This document shows positions 1-9,192 of a DNA stretch of 64,000 bases, piece by piece. The DNA comes from Deltaproteobacteria bacterium (GTDB lineage Bacteria > UBA10199 > JADFYH01), in the NCBI GenBank assembly GCA_015233135.1, contig JADFYH010000003.1, positions 43,021 through 107,020 on the forward strand. Reading direction: 5' to 3'. The position numbers and the translations under genes are program-made. The notes under the pieces are model-generated. The model did no database searches. It was not told the DNA's origin and saw only the letters and a program-made list of their open reading frames with translations. The first letter of the stretch is position 1. Every line of letters begins with the position of its first letter.

Positions 1-80
1 AAACTCCCAAGCCAAAAGTGAAAAAAAATAAGAAAGTGAAAGCAAAAAGTATTGATTAATGAGTCAATGAATTGAAAAAA

Positions 81-107
81 GGCGTCCAAGTTTTGGGCGC
101 CTTTTTT
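81..107 (+). terminator. Putative intrinsic terminator: 9-bp stem (one G-T wobble), 3-nt loop, T6 run, preceded by an A-run (could act in both directions).
   Basis: ggcgtccaa-gtt-ttgggcgcc followed by tttttt. It lies just upstream of the likely true batB-like start at 114 and probably terminates an upstream gene outside the window. Confidence 0.45.
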
Positions 108-113
108 GTTTTT

Positions 114-2003
114 ATGCAATTTGCCCATCCGTTCTATTTTATCGTCTTCTTATTATTTCCCTTGCTGGCAATATTCTTTTTTTTCCTTTTAAAAAAAAGA
201 AAAAAAAGTTTGCAAAACTTTGCTCATGTCCAATCTCTGCCACAGCTCTTGCCTCATTTTTCAGTGTACCGAAAATTAATCAAACAGGCTCTGTTGTGCC
301 TGGTTTTTTTCTTTTTATTCTTAAGTTTGACGGGGCCTCAATGGGGTTATCATTTTGAAGAGGTGACTCGGAAGGGCGTAGATCTTTTTGTTGTAGCGGA
401 TGTTTCTAACTCAATGTTGGCTGAAGATTTAAAACCCAATCGTCTGGAACAACTCAAACGAAAAGTTCACGATTTACTCCGACTTTCTCAAGGGGATCGT
501 ATTGGTCTTATTGTTTTTGCGGGAAAGGCAGTGGTCCTTTGCCCTCTCACTTTAGACTACCAGGCCATTGAACAATTTATAGAAGACTTATCCACCGATC
601 TTATTTCCATACAGGGAACTAATTTGGCAGAGGCCCTTCGTTTGGCACGTCAAAGTTTTAAAGATACAAAAACTTCCAAGGCAATATTACTGATAACGGA
701 CGGAGAGGATCATGGCCAGGCCTTAGAAAAAGAGATGAATGAGTTGAAGCAAAATCAAATTCCGCTCTATGTCCTGGGTGTTGGAACTACACAGGGAGCT
801 CCCATTCCTTTAGCGAAAGGAGAGGGGGGCTTTAAGCGCGATGAGGCAGGTAATGTGGTGGTTTCTAAATTGGAAGAAAATGCATTAAGCGAACTGGCCC
901 TTTCGAGTGGAGGGGAATATGTACGTTCGGTGACGGGTGACGAGGATCTCAATGTCTTGTACGTGAAAGGCCTGAAAGGTGCTTTGAGTTCCTCTGAATT
1001 TAAGGCCAGTAAGAAAAAAGTGTTTGAACACCGCTATCAGTGGCCTTTGGCCTTTGCATTTTTATTTCTCTTGCTCGAATTTTTATGGACAGATTTTAAA
1101 AAAGTAGGGGCCTTGTTTCTCTTTCTGCTTTTATTTTTAAATTCCAGGCCATCGCTCGCTTTTTCCTTCAAGAGTTTAGAAGAATTGCAGGGAGCTCAAA
1201 ATTATCAAAAGAAAAATTATGAGGAAGCCCTCAAACATTATCAAACGAATGTGGTGGAAGACCCCAAAGATGCAATCAATGCCTATAATCTTGGGAATAG
1301 TTACTACCAGCAAAAGCGGTATGAATCCGCTGCGGAGAGTTTTGTGAAAGCGGCTCAGAATGGAGCGGCGGAGCTTAAAGTAAAGTCTTTGTACAATCTT
1401 GGAAATTCGCTTTATAAAATGGGAGAGCTGGAAAAATCCATTACGGCCTATGAAAAAGCCTTGGAGCTGGATGCAAAGGATGAAGAGACAAAACTGAATC
1501 TGGAATTTGTCAAACGCAAGTTGCAGGAAAAACAAAAGCAGCAGGCAGGAGGTCAACAAAACTCGCCAAAGAATTCCAAAGATCAGCAAAAAGATCAACA
1601 AAAGGATTCCCAAAACTCAGAAAATAAAAATCAGGATCCGTCACAGAATTCATCTCAAGACCAGAAACAGAATCAAGATCAAAAGCAGAATCAAGATCAG
1701 AAACAAAAACAAAACCAGAATCCGCAGCAGGGGCAATCTCAATCTGAAAAACAGGAAAACGCGGATCAGGAAGCTCAGAAGAATCAAAATTCAAGTCCTC
1801 AAAACTCCAAGGAGCAGAACGCGCAGGCAAAAAAAAATCAGTCCGAAAAAGGCTCAGCTCTGCAAGAGGCGCAAAAAGGAAATAAAAATACCCAAGAGGC
1901 CGAAATGTGGCTAGGGGCTATTGAAGAAAATCAAAGACAGGTTTTAAAAAATCAGATTGAAAAAAAACTGGGACGTGAAAGACGGGTGGAGAAAGATTGG
2001 TAG
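114..2003 (+). CDS. batB: BatB-like aerotolerance protein: N-terminal TM helices, von Willebrand A domain with a DxSxS MIDAS motif, TPR repeats, and a long Q/N/K-rich low-complexity tail.
   Basis: ORF 72..2003. The better start is the in-frame ATG at 114 (MQFAHPFYF, the usual Bat N-terminus after the terminator hairpin). MIDAS motif DVSNSM. TPR-like YNLGNSYY and YNLGNSLY. The tail carries tandem QDQKQN repeats. Confidence 0.7.
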   Translation: MQFAHPFYFIVFLLFPLLAIFFFFLLKKRKKSLQNFAHVQSLPQLLPHFSVYRKLIKQALLCLVFFFLFLSLTGPQWGYHFEEVTRKGVDLFVVADVSNSMLAEDLKPNRLEQLKRKVHDLLRLSQGDRIGLIVFAGKAVVLCPLTLDYQAIEQFIEDLSTDLISIQGTNLAEALRLARQSFKDTKTSKAILLITDGEDHGQALEKEMNELKQNQIPLYVLGVGTTQGAPIPLAKGEGGFKRDEAGNVVVSKLEENALSELALSSGGEYVRSVTGDEDLNVLYVKGLKGALSSSEFKASKKKVFEHRYQWPLAFAFLFLLLEFLWTDFKKVGALFLFLLLFLNSRPSLAFSFKSLEELQGAQNYQKKNYEEALKHYQTNVVEDPKDAINAYNLGNSYYQQKRYESAAESFVKAAQNGAAELKVKSLYNLGNSLYKMGELEKSITAYEKALELDAKDEETKLNLEFVKRKLQEKQKQQAGGQQNSPKNSKDQQKDQQKDSQNSENKNQDPSQNSSQDQKQNQDQKQNQDQKQKQNQNPQQGQSQSEKQENADQEAQKNQNSSPQNSKEQNAQAKKNQSEKGSALQEAQKGNKNTQEAEMWLGAIEENQRQVLKNQIEKKLGRERRVEKDW

Positions 2004-2010
2004 TATTTTC

Positions 2011-3852
2011 ATGTTTATTAAAAAAAATAAAATTTTTATAGCCCGACTCTTTTTTATTCTACTAGCTGCTGGCTGCTGTTTGCTGGCAAATACTCCTAGC
2101 TATGCTCAGGTGGTAGTTGAAGCGACAGTCGATAAACCCACTATTGCCCTGGATGATCAACTGGTGCTGACGGTGAAAGTAAAAGGGGGCTCGGTTTCTT
2201 CAGACCCTCGCATGCCCTCCAAGGGGAATTTTCAGGTTCTTAACCAAAGTTTTTCTACTCATGTTGAAATGATTAATGGTCGGATTTCTATGGAGAAGGA
2301 ATACACCTACATTTTGGCCCCTGTGAAAGAAGGCAAATTCGAGATTGGACCCATTACGGTTTCTGTAGAAGGGGTTGATTATCCGACCGGTCCTATTAGT
2401 GTAACGGTAGTAAATGGGGGGAGTAAGCCAGCTCGCCCCCCCCTGCCTAATAATGCGCCTAATTCTCCACCAGATGAGGCTGCTACACCAGCGGGCGATT
2501 ATAAGGAGGTGTTCATTGAAGCCAAGCTCGATAAGACCAATCCTTATGTGGGTGAGCAGCTGATTTATAATTTTAAACTTTATACCAGCCGCAATTTGCG
2601 TGAAGTCTTGCCTGAGTTCCCAGACTTTCATGATTTTTGGAGCGAAAATTTGCTAAAAGAGGGGAAATCAAAAGAAGTGTTGGGGGGAAAAGAATATTTA
2701 GTTTATCAATTTAAATATGCCCTCTTTCCCTCTAAAAGTGGAAAACTGGAAATCGGTGAAACCAGTGTGAAGGCTCAAGTGGAAGAGCCTTTGAATCTTC
2801 CTGGTTTTTTTAACGATCCATTTTTTAATCTAAGGGCAGGGGGGGGGGCTTATAGGCCTCGTGTATTTAGGGCGCCAGCCCTTAGTGTGGATGTGAAGGA
2901 ATTACCCCCCAATGCTCCTGCCGATTTTAAAGGCTTAGTCGGAAGTTTTGCATTAAAGTCTGAACTTTCAAAACAAGATTTAACTGTGGGAGAAACAGCC
3001 ACCCTCACACTTACTCTCTCGGGACAGGGAAATTTGAAAGAGGCAAAAATTGAAGGATTTGAAAATTTACCCAATTTAAAAATTTATCCGGATAAAGCTG
3101 ATTTGGAATTGAATCGTACAGTTTCCGGTCTCAGTGGGAAAAAAGTTTTTAAATTTGCCCTGGTTCCGGAGGCTGCAGGAAAAATTCAAATTCCTGAAAT
3201 AAACTTAAGTGTATTTAATCCTAAAACGGGGCAATACGAGAACTTGCAAAGCCCTGCTTATACTTTGTCGGTAGTGCCGGGTAGCACTTCTCAGGGCAAC
3301 CCTGTTCAAAAGCAAAATTTCATTTCAAAACCGGAGTCGCCCAACTTGTTGGCAGAAGATATTGCCAGCATCCATCAGGAACTTCGGGTTGATTCTCTGC
3401 TTTCTAATGCGTCCTTGTATGCAGGCCTGAGTTTGTTTTTAGCCATCCCTCTGGTCACCTGGATTCTTCACCTGCTGAATAAGCGCAAAACTTGGCTACA
3501 GCAAAATGAAAGTTATTTGAGAAAGAAAAAGGCCTTTTCGAAAGCACAACAAAAGATAAAACAGATTGCGCTGGATAATGCAGCAATCTTTGCCGACCTG
3601 GTTTCAAAAATAATGAAAGAGTTTTTGGGAGATAAACTCCAACGCATGGGGGTTTCTCTCACTCCTCAAGAAATTGAACAAATTTTGAAAGATAAAAAAA
3701 TAAGACCGGACTTACTAACTGAGACCATTGTTTTTCTGAAAGAGTTGGAAGCTACAAGTTTTGGGGCCGTTCCAAATAAGGAGTTGTGGAAAAAAGAGTG
3801 GCCTTTGAAAGCGATCAAGTTGTTGAAGGCGTTGGAGAGGGGGTTGAAATAA
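2011..3852 (+). CDS. batD: BatD-like protein: signal peptide, large periplasmic domain, C-terminal TM segment.
   Basis: ORF 1957..3852. Start moved to the ATG at 2011 (MFIKKNKIFIARLFFILLAAGCCLLA is a signal peptide). It immediately follows batB. Length and a C-terminal TM (LYAGLSLFLAIPLVTWIL) fit the BatD architecture. Confidence 0.6.
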   Translation: MFIKKNKIFIARLFFILLAAGCCLLANTPSYAQVVVEATVDKPTIALDDQLVLTVKVKGGSVSSDPRMPSKGNFQVLNQSFSTHVEMINGRISMEKEYTYILAPVKEGKFEIGPITVSVEGVDYPTGPISVTVVNGGSKPARPPLPNNAPNSPPDEAATPAGDYKEVFIEAKLDKTNPYVGEQLIYNFKLYTSRNLREVLPEFPDFHDFWSENLLKEGKSKEVLGGKEYLVYQFKYALFPSKSGKLEIGETSVKAQVEEPLNLPGFFNDPFFNLRAGGGAYRPRVFRAPALSVDVKELPPNAPADFKGLVGSFALKSELSKQDLTVGETATLTLTLSGQGNLKEAKIEGFENLPNLKIYPDKADLELNRTVSGLSGKKVFKFALVPEAAGKIQIPEINLSVFNPKTGQYENLQSPAYTLSVVPGSTSQGNPVQKQNFISKPESPNLLAEDIASIHQELRVDSLLSNASLYAGLSLFLAIPLVTWILHLLNKRKTWLQQNESYLRKKKAFSKAQQKIKQIALDNAAIFADLVSKIMKEFLGDKLQRMGVSLTPQEIEQILKDKKIRPDLLTETIVFLKELEATSFGAVPNKELWKKEWPLKAIKLLKALERGLK

Positions 3853-3856
3853 ATTT

Positions 3857-4603
3857 ATGTTCAAAAAAATATTTCTAATTTCCGTTTTACTTTTTTTTAC
3901 CAACAATGTCTGTGCTCAAACTCCAGTGCAAACTTTTAAAACAGCCAATGAAGCTTATTTGGCCCGCGATTTTCAAAAGGCGGAAACGCTCTATCAGGAA
4001 CTTGAAAAGCAGGGGATTCTTTCGGGGGGCTTATTTTTTAATTTGGGAAACACCTTTTATCGCCAGGGAAAAGTGGGAGAAGCCATTTACTATTACGAAA
4101 AGGCTCTCCGGTTAAGTCCTCGGGATAGGGATTTATCGGCCAATTATAATTATATCCGCGAACGCCTGATTGATAAAATTGAAGAGCCACTCCTCAATAA
4201 AATTTTGTCCTATGCTTTTTTTTGGAATGCTTTGCTTTCTTTGAAAGAAGGCCTCTTTTTCACCCTAGGGGCTTACGCCTTGCTGTTTGCTTTGCTTATT
4301 TCGCGACTCTATTTTAAATCTCGCATGCAATTTTTGTGTCTGTTGTTTCTTGTTTTTGTGAACCTGTTGAGTCTTTCTTCTTTTTCCCTAAAGTTAATTG
4401 AAGAAAAACTACTTCGCTATGGGGTCTTGTTTGCTTCAAACCAAGGTGTTTTTTCAGAACCTACGGAACAATCGGTCCGCCTGTTCGAACTTCATGAAGG
4501 GGCAAAAATAAAAATTTCAGAAGAGCAAAATGGTTTTTATAAAGTGCAATGGGTGGATGGGAAAAAAGGTTGGATGAAAAAAGAGACGATTGGAAATATA
4601 TGA
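3857..4603 (+). CDS. batE: BatE-like protein: signal peptide, TPR repeats, TM segments, C-terminal SH3b-like domain.
   Basis: TPR motifs FNLGNTFYRQGKVGEAIYYYEKAL. The C-terminus FYKVQWVDGKKGWMKKETIG is a bacterial SH3-like signature. Third gene of the bat cluster. Confidence 0.5.
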   Translation: MFKKIFLISVLLFFTNNVCAQTPVQTFKTANEAYLARDFQKAETLYQELEKQGILSGGLFFNLGNTFYRQGKVGEAIYYYEKALRLSPRDRDLSANYNYIRERLIDKIEEPLLNKILSYAFFWNALLSLKEGLFFTLGAYALLFALLISRLYFKSRMQFLCLLFLVFVNLLSLSSFSLKLIEEKLLRYGVLFASNQGVFSEPTEQSVRLFELHEGAKIKISEEQNGFYKVQWVDGKKGWMKKETIGNI

Positions 4604-5145
4604 GACCTCAATTAAAACAAATCCTCCTTCAGAATTCTTATGAACAACGCGAAGTAAAACTTGCTTCGGGACGGCTTTCTAATTTTTATTTTGATGGAAA
4701 ACAAACTGCCCTTTCTGCAGAAGGTGCTTTTTTGATTGGAGAATGTTTTTTTGATCTCTTTCAAAAATCAGGTCGTCGGATTCAGGCCGTGGGGGGTCCT
4801 ACTTTAGGGGCGGATCCTATTGTGAGTGCGGTGAGTTTGATTTCTTATCTAAAAAATTCCCCGCTGCCCGCTTTTATTATTCGTAAAGAACCCAAGAAAC
4901 ACGGTACTGCAAAATGGATAGAAGGGGACAAAAATTTAAAGCTAGGGATGCAAGTGGCTTTAGTGGAAGACGTGGTGACCTCAGGTGGATCCATATTGAA
5001 AGCCGCTGAAAGAGTGGAAGAAGCCGGATATTTTGTGAGTTTAATGGCTACGATTGTCGATCGTGAAGAAGGAGGACGGGAGGCGATTGAAGCAAAAGGC
5101 TATCGCTTGTTGTCTTTGTTTACGAAGACGGAATTGCTTTCATAA
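4600..5145 (+). CDS. pyrE: Orotate phosphoribosyltransferase
   Basis: ORF 4549..5145. Start taken at the ATG at 4600, overlapping the batE stop as ATGA. PRPP-binding motif VALVEDVVTSGGS and typical PyrE length and sequence. Confidence 0.85.
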   Translation: MRPQLKQILLQNSYEQREVKLASGRLSNFYFDGKQTALSAEGAFLIGECFFDLFQKSGRRIQAVGGPTLGADPIVSAVSLISYLKNSPLPAFIIRKEPKKHGTAKWIEGDKNLKLGMQVALVEDVVTSGGSILKAAERVEEAGYFVSLMATIVDREEGGREAIEAKGYRLLSLFTKTELLS

Positions 5146-5149
5146 TTTT

Positions 5150-5707
5150 ATGATTAAAAAAATAATCCTCATCCTCCTCCTTATTTGTTCAAGCCATATC
5201 CTTTTTGCAAAGGAACTCTCTTACGAAAAAGCTCTCAAAAAATATCATCGTGTGGGGGAACAATACAGCCCCGAAAACTTCCATGCCCTTTATCGCTGGG
5301 AAGTTTTGTGGATGAGCCCCGAGTTGCGCGAGGCCCAGGATAAATATCTGGCGCAGCATTATAAAGATTCAGCGGCCGATCTTAAGGCTCGTGAGACAAA
5401 GTCTGAAAAAATCGAACATCAATACACCGAGTTCCTCGTCTTTTTTTACACCTACAATAAAAAATGGAACGATCTGGATGCTCCCGAAAGCCTTTGGCAG
5501 CTGCGTCTTGAGGCAGCGGAGTCTCATTTAAAACCCAGCGAAATTATCAAAGTAAAACCCACTCCTCTCGAAGAAAGCCTTTATCCCTATCTGGCACCTT
5601 GGGTAAAAATGTATCGGGTTCGGTTTCCTGTGTCTGATTCAAGCAGCGAATTGAAGTTGAGCCTTTATGGGATTAAGGGGGAAAAAGAATTAGTCTGGAA
5701 GAATTGA
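5150..5707 (+). CDS. Hypothetical secreted protein with an N-terminal signal peptide.
   Basis: ORF 5054..5707. Start taken at the ATG at 5150 (MIKKIILILLLICSSHILFA). No recognisable family. The 3' end overlaps the convergent nadB by about 18 nt. Confidence 0.45.
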   Translation: MIKKIILILLLICSSHILFAKELSYEKALKKYHRVGEQYSPENFHALYRWEVLWMSPELREAQDKYLAQHYKDSAADLKARETKSEKIEHQYTEFLVFFYTYNKKWNDLDAPESLWQLRLEAAESHLKPSEIIKVKPTPLEESLYPYLAPWVKMYRVRFPVSDSSSELKLSLYGIKGEKELVWKN

Positions 5708-7294
5708 CTCTTGCTTTATTAAGCTATTCTGAGTTCGATCTGAAAAATCTGGATAATCCAAAGTATAATGCAATCCACGACTCTCCTGTCTTTGCAGCGC
5801 ACAGCGAACCACGAGTTCGGCCACCAAAACCAGATTTCGTAATTCAATCAAGTCTGCCGTAATCTTAAAATTCCAATAATATTCTCTTACTTCTTCTCTT
5901 AAAAATTCAATGCGGCTTTGTGCGCGCAGCAGGCGTTTTGTGCTTCTCACAATCCCTACGTAGTTCCACAGGGTTCGTCGGATCTCATCCCAGTTTTGTG
6001 TGATGACCACAGCCTCGTCGGAATCTGTTGCCTGCCCAGAATTCCAAATAGGGAGTAAAGAGGAAGGAGGAAGATCAATTTCCTGTGCATATCTTACGCT
6101 GTCGGTCGCAGCTCGCTTCGCAAAGACCACGGCTTCAAGAAGAGAGTTAGAGGCCAAACGATTGGCTCCATGCAAACCTGTGCAAGCCACTTCTCCACAG
6201 GCATACAGGCCCTTTACCTCGGTTTGGGCGTATTCATTGGTTTGAACGCCTCCGCAAAAATAATGGGCGGCAGGGACCACGGGGATGGGGCCTTTCGTAA
6301 GATCAAATCCAAAACTCAAACAGCGCTCGTAAATACTGGGAAATCGTTTTTTAAGAAAATCAGCGTTTTGATGCGAAATATCCAGATAGACGAAATCTTC
6401 TCCGCCCTTTTTCAGCTCAGCATCAATCGCCCTGGCAACAATATCCCGAGGGGCAAGTTCCGCCTGAGGATGATAACGGGTCATAAAACGATCACCCTTT
6501 TGAGTGCGCAAGATTGCGCCTTCTCCTCGCAGCGCTTCCGAAATTAAAAATGACTTTGCCTGGGGATGAAATAAGCAGGTGGGATGAAATTGCACAAATT
6601 CCAGATTGGAAACAGTGGCCCCCGCGCGCCAGGCCATGGCAATTCCATCGCCGGTGGCAATGTCGGGATTGGAAGTATAAAGATAAACTTTTCCGGCACC
6701 GCCCGTCGCGAGTAAACAGGTTTTACAGGAGAGGGTGATGACTTCACCCGTGAGACGATTCAGCGCGTAGGCTCCAATCACCTGATTTTTTTGGCTTGCA
6801 GGAATTAATTTTTTTGTGGTGATCAAGTCAATCGCCACATGATGTTCTAAAATTGTGATGTGAGGATGTGCTTTGACACGTTCAAGCAAGGCGCGTTCAA
6901 TTTCTTTTCCGGTGATATCTCCCTGATGCAGAATACGTCTTGCGGAATGTCCACCTTCTTTTCCCAAATCGATTTTGTCTTTTTCTTTTTTGGAAAATTG
7001 AACTCCCAAATCGATCAGATGCTTCACACGTTCTGGGCCTTCTTCTACCACCATTCGAACAATTTTTTCGTCACAAAGTCCGGCCCCCGCGATCAGCGTA
7101 TCTTGAATATGGGCGCTGAAGCTGTCTTCAGGATCCCAGACGCTGGCAATTCCCCCTTGGGCATAGTTGGTATTAGATTCGGCAGAGTCTTTTTTGGTCA
7201 GGATGAGTACACGGCCAAAATCAGCGACCTCGAGGGCATAGCTGAGTCCGGCGATCCCCGAACCTAAAATGAGAAAGTCAGTTTGCTGGGACAT
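5690..7294 (-). CDS. nadB: L-aspartate oxidase
   Basis: N-terminal FAD motif ILGSGIAGLS. Full-length similarity to the NadB/succinate dehydrogenase flavoprotein family, including RSHTVAA-like and C-terminal helical domains. 534 aa. Confidence 0.9.
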   Translation of the reverse strand: MSQQTDFLILGSGIAGLSYALEVADFGRVLILTKKDSAESNTNYAQGGIASVWDPEDSFSAHIQDTLIAGAGLCDEKIVRMVVEEGPERVKHLIDLGVQFSKKEKDKIDLGKEGGHSARRILHQGDITGKEIERALLERVKAHPHITILEHHVAIDLITTKKLIPASQKNQVIGAYALNRLTGEVITLSCKTCLLATGGAGKVYLYTSNPDIATGDGIAMAWRAGATVSNLEFVQFHPTCLFHPQAKSFLISEALRGEGAILRTQKGDRFMTRYHPQAELAPRDIVARAIDAELKKGGEDFVYLDISHQNADFLKKRFPSIYERCLSFGFDLTKGPIPVVPAAHYFCGGVQTNEYAQTEVKGLYACGEVACTGLHGANRLASNSLLEAVVFAKRAATDSVRYAQEIDLPPSSLLPIWNSGQATDSDEAVVITQNWDEIRRTLWNYVGIVRSTKRLLRAQSRIEFLREEVREYYWNFKITADLIELRNLVLVAELVVRCALQRQESRGLHYTLDYPDFSDRTQNSLIKQESILPD

Positions 7295-7348
7295 GCGGAG
7301 TTGGATAAGAGGAAAAGAAGGACTTCGTCAAAATAAAATTGGAAGAAT

Positions 7349-8581
7349 TTAATCTTCCAAAAATTCTTTCAACTCATTGTGTTTTGTTTTTGCATCCTCA
7401 AAGCCCAGGGCCAAAAGCTTTTGCAGGTATTCAGGAATAAATCCGATATAAGAAAGAAAGTCGTTTCCGCTGGAAGGATCAATATCCAATACTCGAATCA
7501 GAAATTTTTCAAATGACCCAAAGTGGTGATCTTTGCTTTTTTGAAAGCACTCAATAAACATCTCCCCAATATCTTCCGAGGGACGGATGCGGAGTAGCTT
7601 TAGTTTCTTCACTCCGCGATCGGCAATGTCTCCGTGGATATTTTTTTCCACCAACATTTTATTCAAGTCGTCCAAAAAATTTTTGCCATAAAGCAGCTCT
7701 GCCCATTCGACAATGCGATTGATGCGCTCCAATTGCTCCAAATCGTATTGGATCTTGTCCAAAAAGACCGAGTTCAAAACTCTACCTAAAATTTGTCCTA
7801 GGGCAGGAGGCTGTCCTTTTACCCCATGAAAAGGGATCTCTTCACCCGCGCGTGCGCGATGATTGAGGCCGATGACCAGGATGGAATCTGCCCCTAAATG
7901 AATGGCAGGAGAAATAGGAGTATTTAAACGGAGTCCTCCATCGGTATAGGCAATGCCGTTGATCAGTATGGAGGGGAACACGATGGGTATTGCCGCAGAA
8001 GCAAGTGCATGGACCGGTTGAATGGTGGTGAAATGCGAGGTGTAGTCGCCGTAGTAACTGAGCTTTGAGTTTTTTTCGATGAAGAGTTCTGTCCTACCAG
8101 TAAAGACGTTGGTGGCAACAATGGCTATGGCTTGTACAAAACCTTTTTGGATATTTTTGGAAATCTGGGGCCAATCCATGACATTGCTGATAAAAGGGAG
8201 AAAAGGGCTTGTATCTAAAAAACCCGGGAAATGAGGAGACTCTTGATTGAGCCCTCTGAGAAATTTGAAAAAAATTTGTTTGGATCCTTTGGAAAGAAAT
8301 TCCAATAAGGCCTTAAAATTTCGTTTGTAGATGTTTTCTTCCCGAATGTTTTCCCAAAGCTCCCACATTTTTTTGGCTTGGAAATTCAGGTCATGAGCGG
8401 TGGCCACCATAAAACAGGTATTGATGGCGCCTACGGATGAGCCGGATTGAATGTCAAAATTCCGATTGCGGCTTTTGCTGGGAAGCATGGTTCTCACATA
8501 GTGAAGCACCCCGGCTTCATATGCGCCTCGCGCCCCACCTCCCGATAAAACCAGGCCTAGTTTGTTGTTTTTTGAAGCCAT
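7349..8581 (-). CDS. Patatin-like phospholipase
   Basis: Oxyanion motif GGGARG, nucleophile elbow GSSVG (GxSxG), catalytic DGG (DGGLRL). Confidence 0.8.
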   Translation of the reverse strand: MASKNNKLGLVLSGGGARGAYEAGVLHYVRTMLPSKSRNRNFDIQSGSSVGAINTCFMVATAHDLNFQAKKMWELWENIREENIYKRNFKALLEFLSKGSKQIFFKFLRGLNQESPHFPGFLDTSPFLPFISNVMDWPQISKNIQKGFVQAIAIVATNVFTGRTELFIEKNSKLSYYGDYTSHFTTIQPVHALASAAIPIVFPSILINGIAYTDGGLRLNTPISPAIHLGADSILVIGLNHRARAGEEIPFHGVKGQPPALGQILGRVLNSVFLDKIQYDLEQLERINRIVEWAELLYGKNFLDDLNKMLVEKNIHGDIADRGVKKLKLLRIRPSEDIGEMFIECFQKSKDHHFGSFEKFLIRVLDIDPSSGNDFLSYIGFIPEYLQKLLALGFEDAKTKHNELKEFLED

Positions 8582-8763
8582 CAGTCCAATTGTATAGGGG
8601 AAATGAAGGGAGTGCTAGAAATTAAGCTGGGAGTGAGAAAGATGCTTAAGCTTGTTAAATCTGGCTTAAATAAATGTCTTAAATCAAAGCTTTACAAAGA
8701 AAATAAGTCTGTGTTACAGGATTTTGGCTTTTAATAACCAATTTATCATTATGAGGTTTTTCC

Positions 8764-9030
8764 ATGCTATTGGAGAGTCAAAAGAAAGAAGTGATCAGTA
8801 AATTCAAACAACACGATGCTGATACCGGTTCGCCTCGTGTACAAATCGCCCTCCTGACCGAGCGGATTAATTCCTTAACCGAGCATTTCAAAAGTCATAA
8901 AAAAGACCATTCTTCTCGAAGAGGTCTTTTGCAGCTCGTCGGCCAACGCCGGCGCTTGCTGGATTATGTGAAGCGTAAAGATCATCCTCAATATGCACAA
9001 CTTCTCGAGAGTTTGAATTTACGTAAATAA
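8764..9030 (+). CDS. rpsO: 30S ribosomal protein S15
   Basis: 88 aa with the conserved GSPEVQIA-like and RRGLL motifs. Followed by pnp, the classic rpsO-pnp arrangement. Confidence 0.95.
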   Translation: MLLESQKKEVISKFKQHDADTGSPRVQIALLTERINSLTEHFKSHKKDHSSRRGLLQLVGQRRRLLDYVKRKDHPQYAQLLESLNLRK

Positions 9031-9192
9031 ATTTTCATCTAACCCCAAAGTTATTGTCTTTTTTTTGCTGATAATTTGAGTAATTTTCTTTCCCTGAAAG
9101 ACAATTCCTTGAATTATCAGTTTTCTGAGAAAGACGCTTTGGGGTATTTTTTCACTTGGATCAATCCTGATCCTACTAAAGGAGTCTCTCTC

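Noticed and set aside
1507-1914. ORF 1507..1914 (+): 135-aa K/R-rich protein.
   Set aside because: It lies entirely within the batB-like gene in another frame, over the low-complexity AAG/CAG-rich tail. It is an artifact of repetitive codons.
6000-6747. Plus-strand ORFs inside nadB (6000..6245, 6170..6547, 6514..6738) and the minus-strand ORF 6544..6747.
   Set aside because: They are antisense or alternate-frame within a well-supported nadB gene and have no recognisable motifs.
9031-9192. Looked for the classic rpsO terminator or pnp leader hairpin (RNase III site) between rpsO and pnp.
   Set aside because: The region is AT-rich with short inverted segments, but I could not identify a convincing stable stem by eye. 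Left unannotated.
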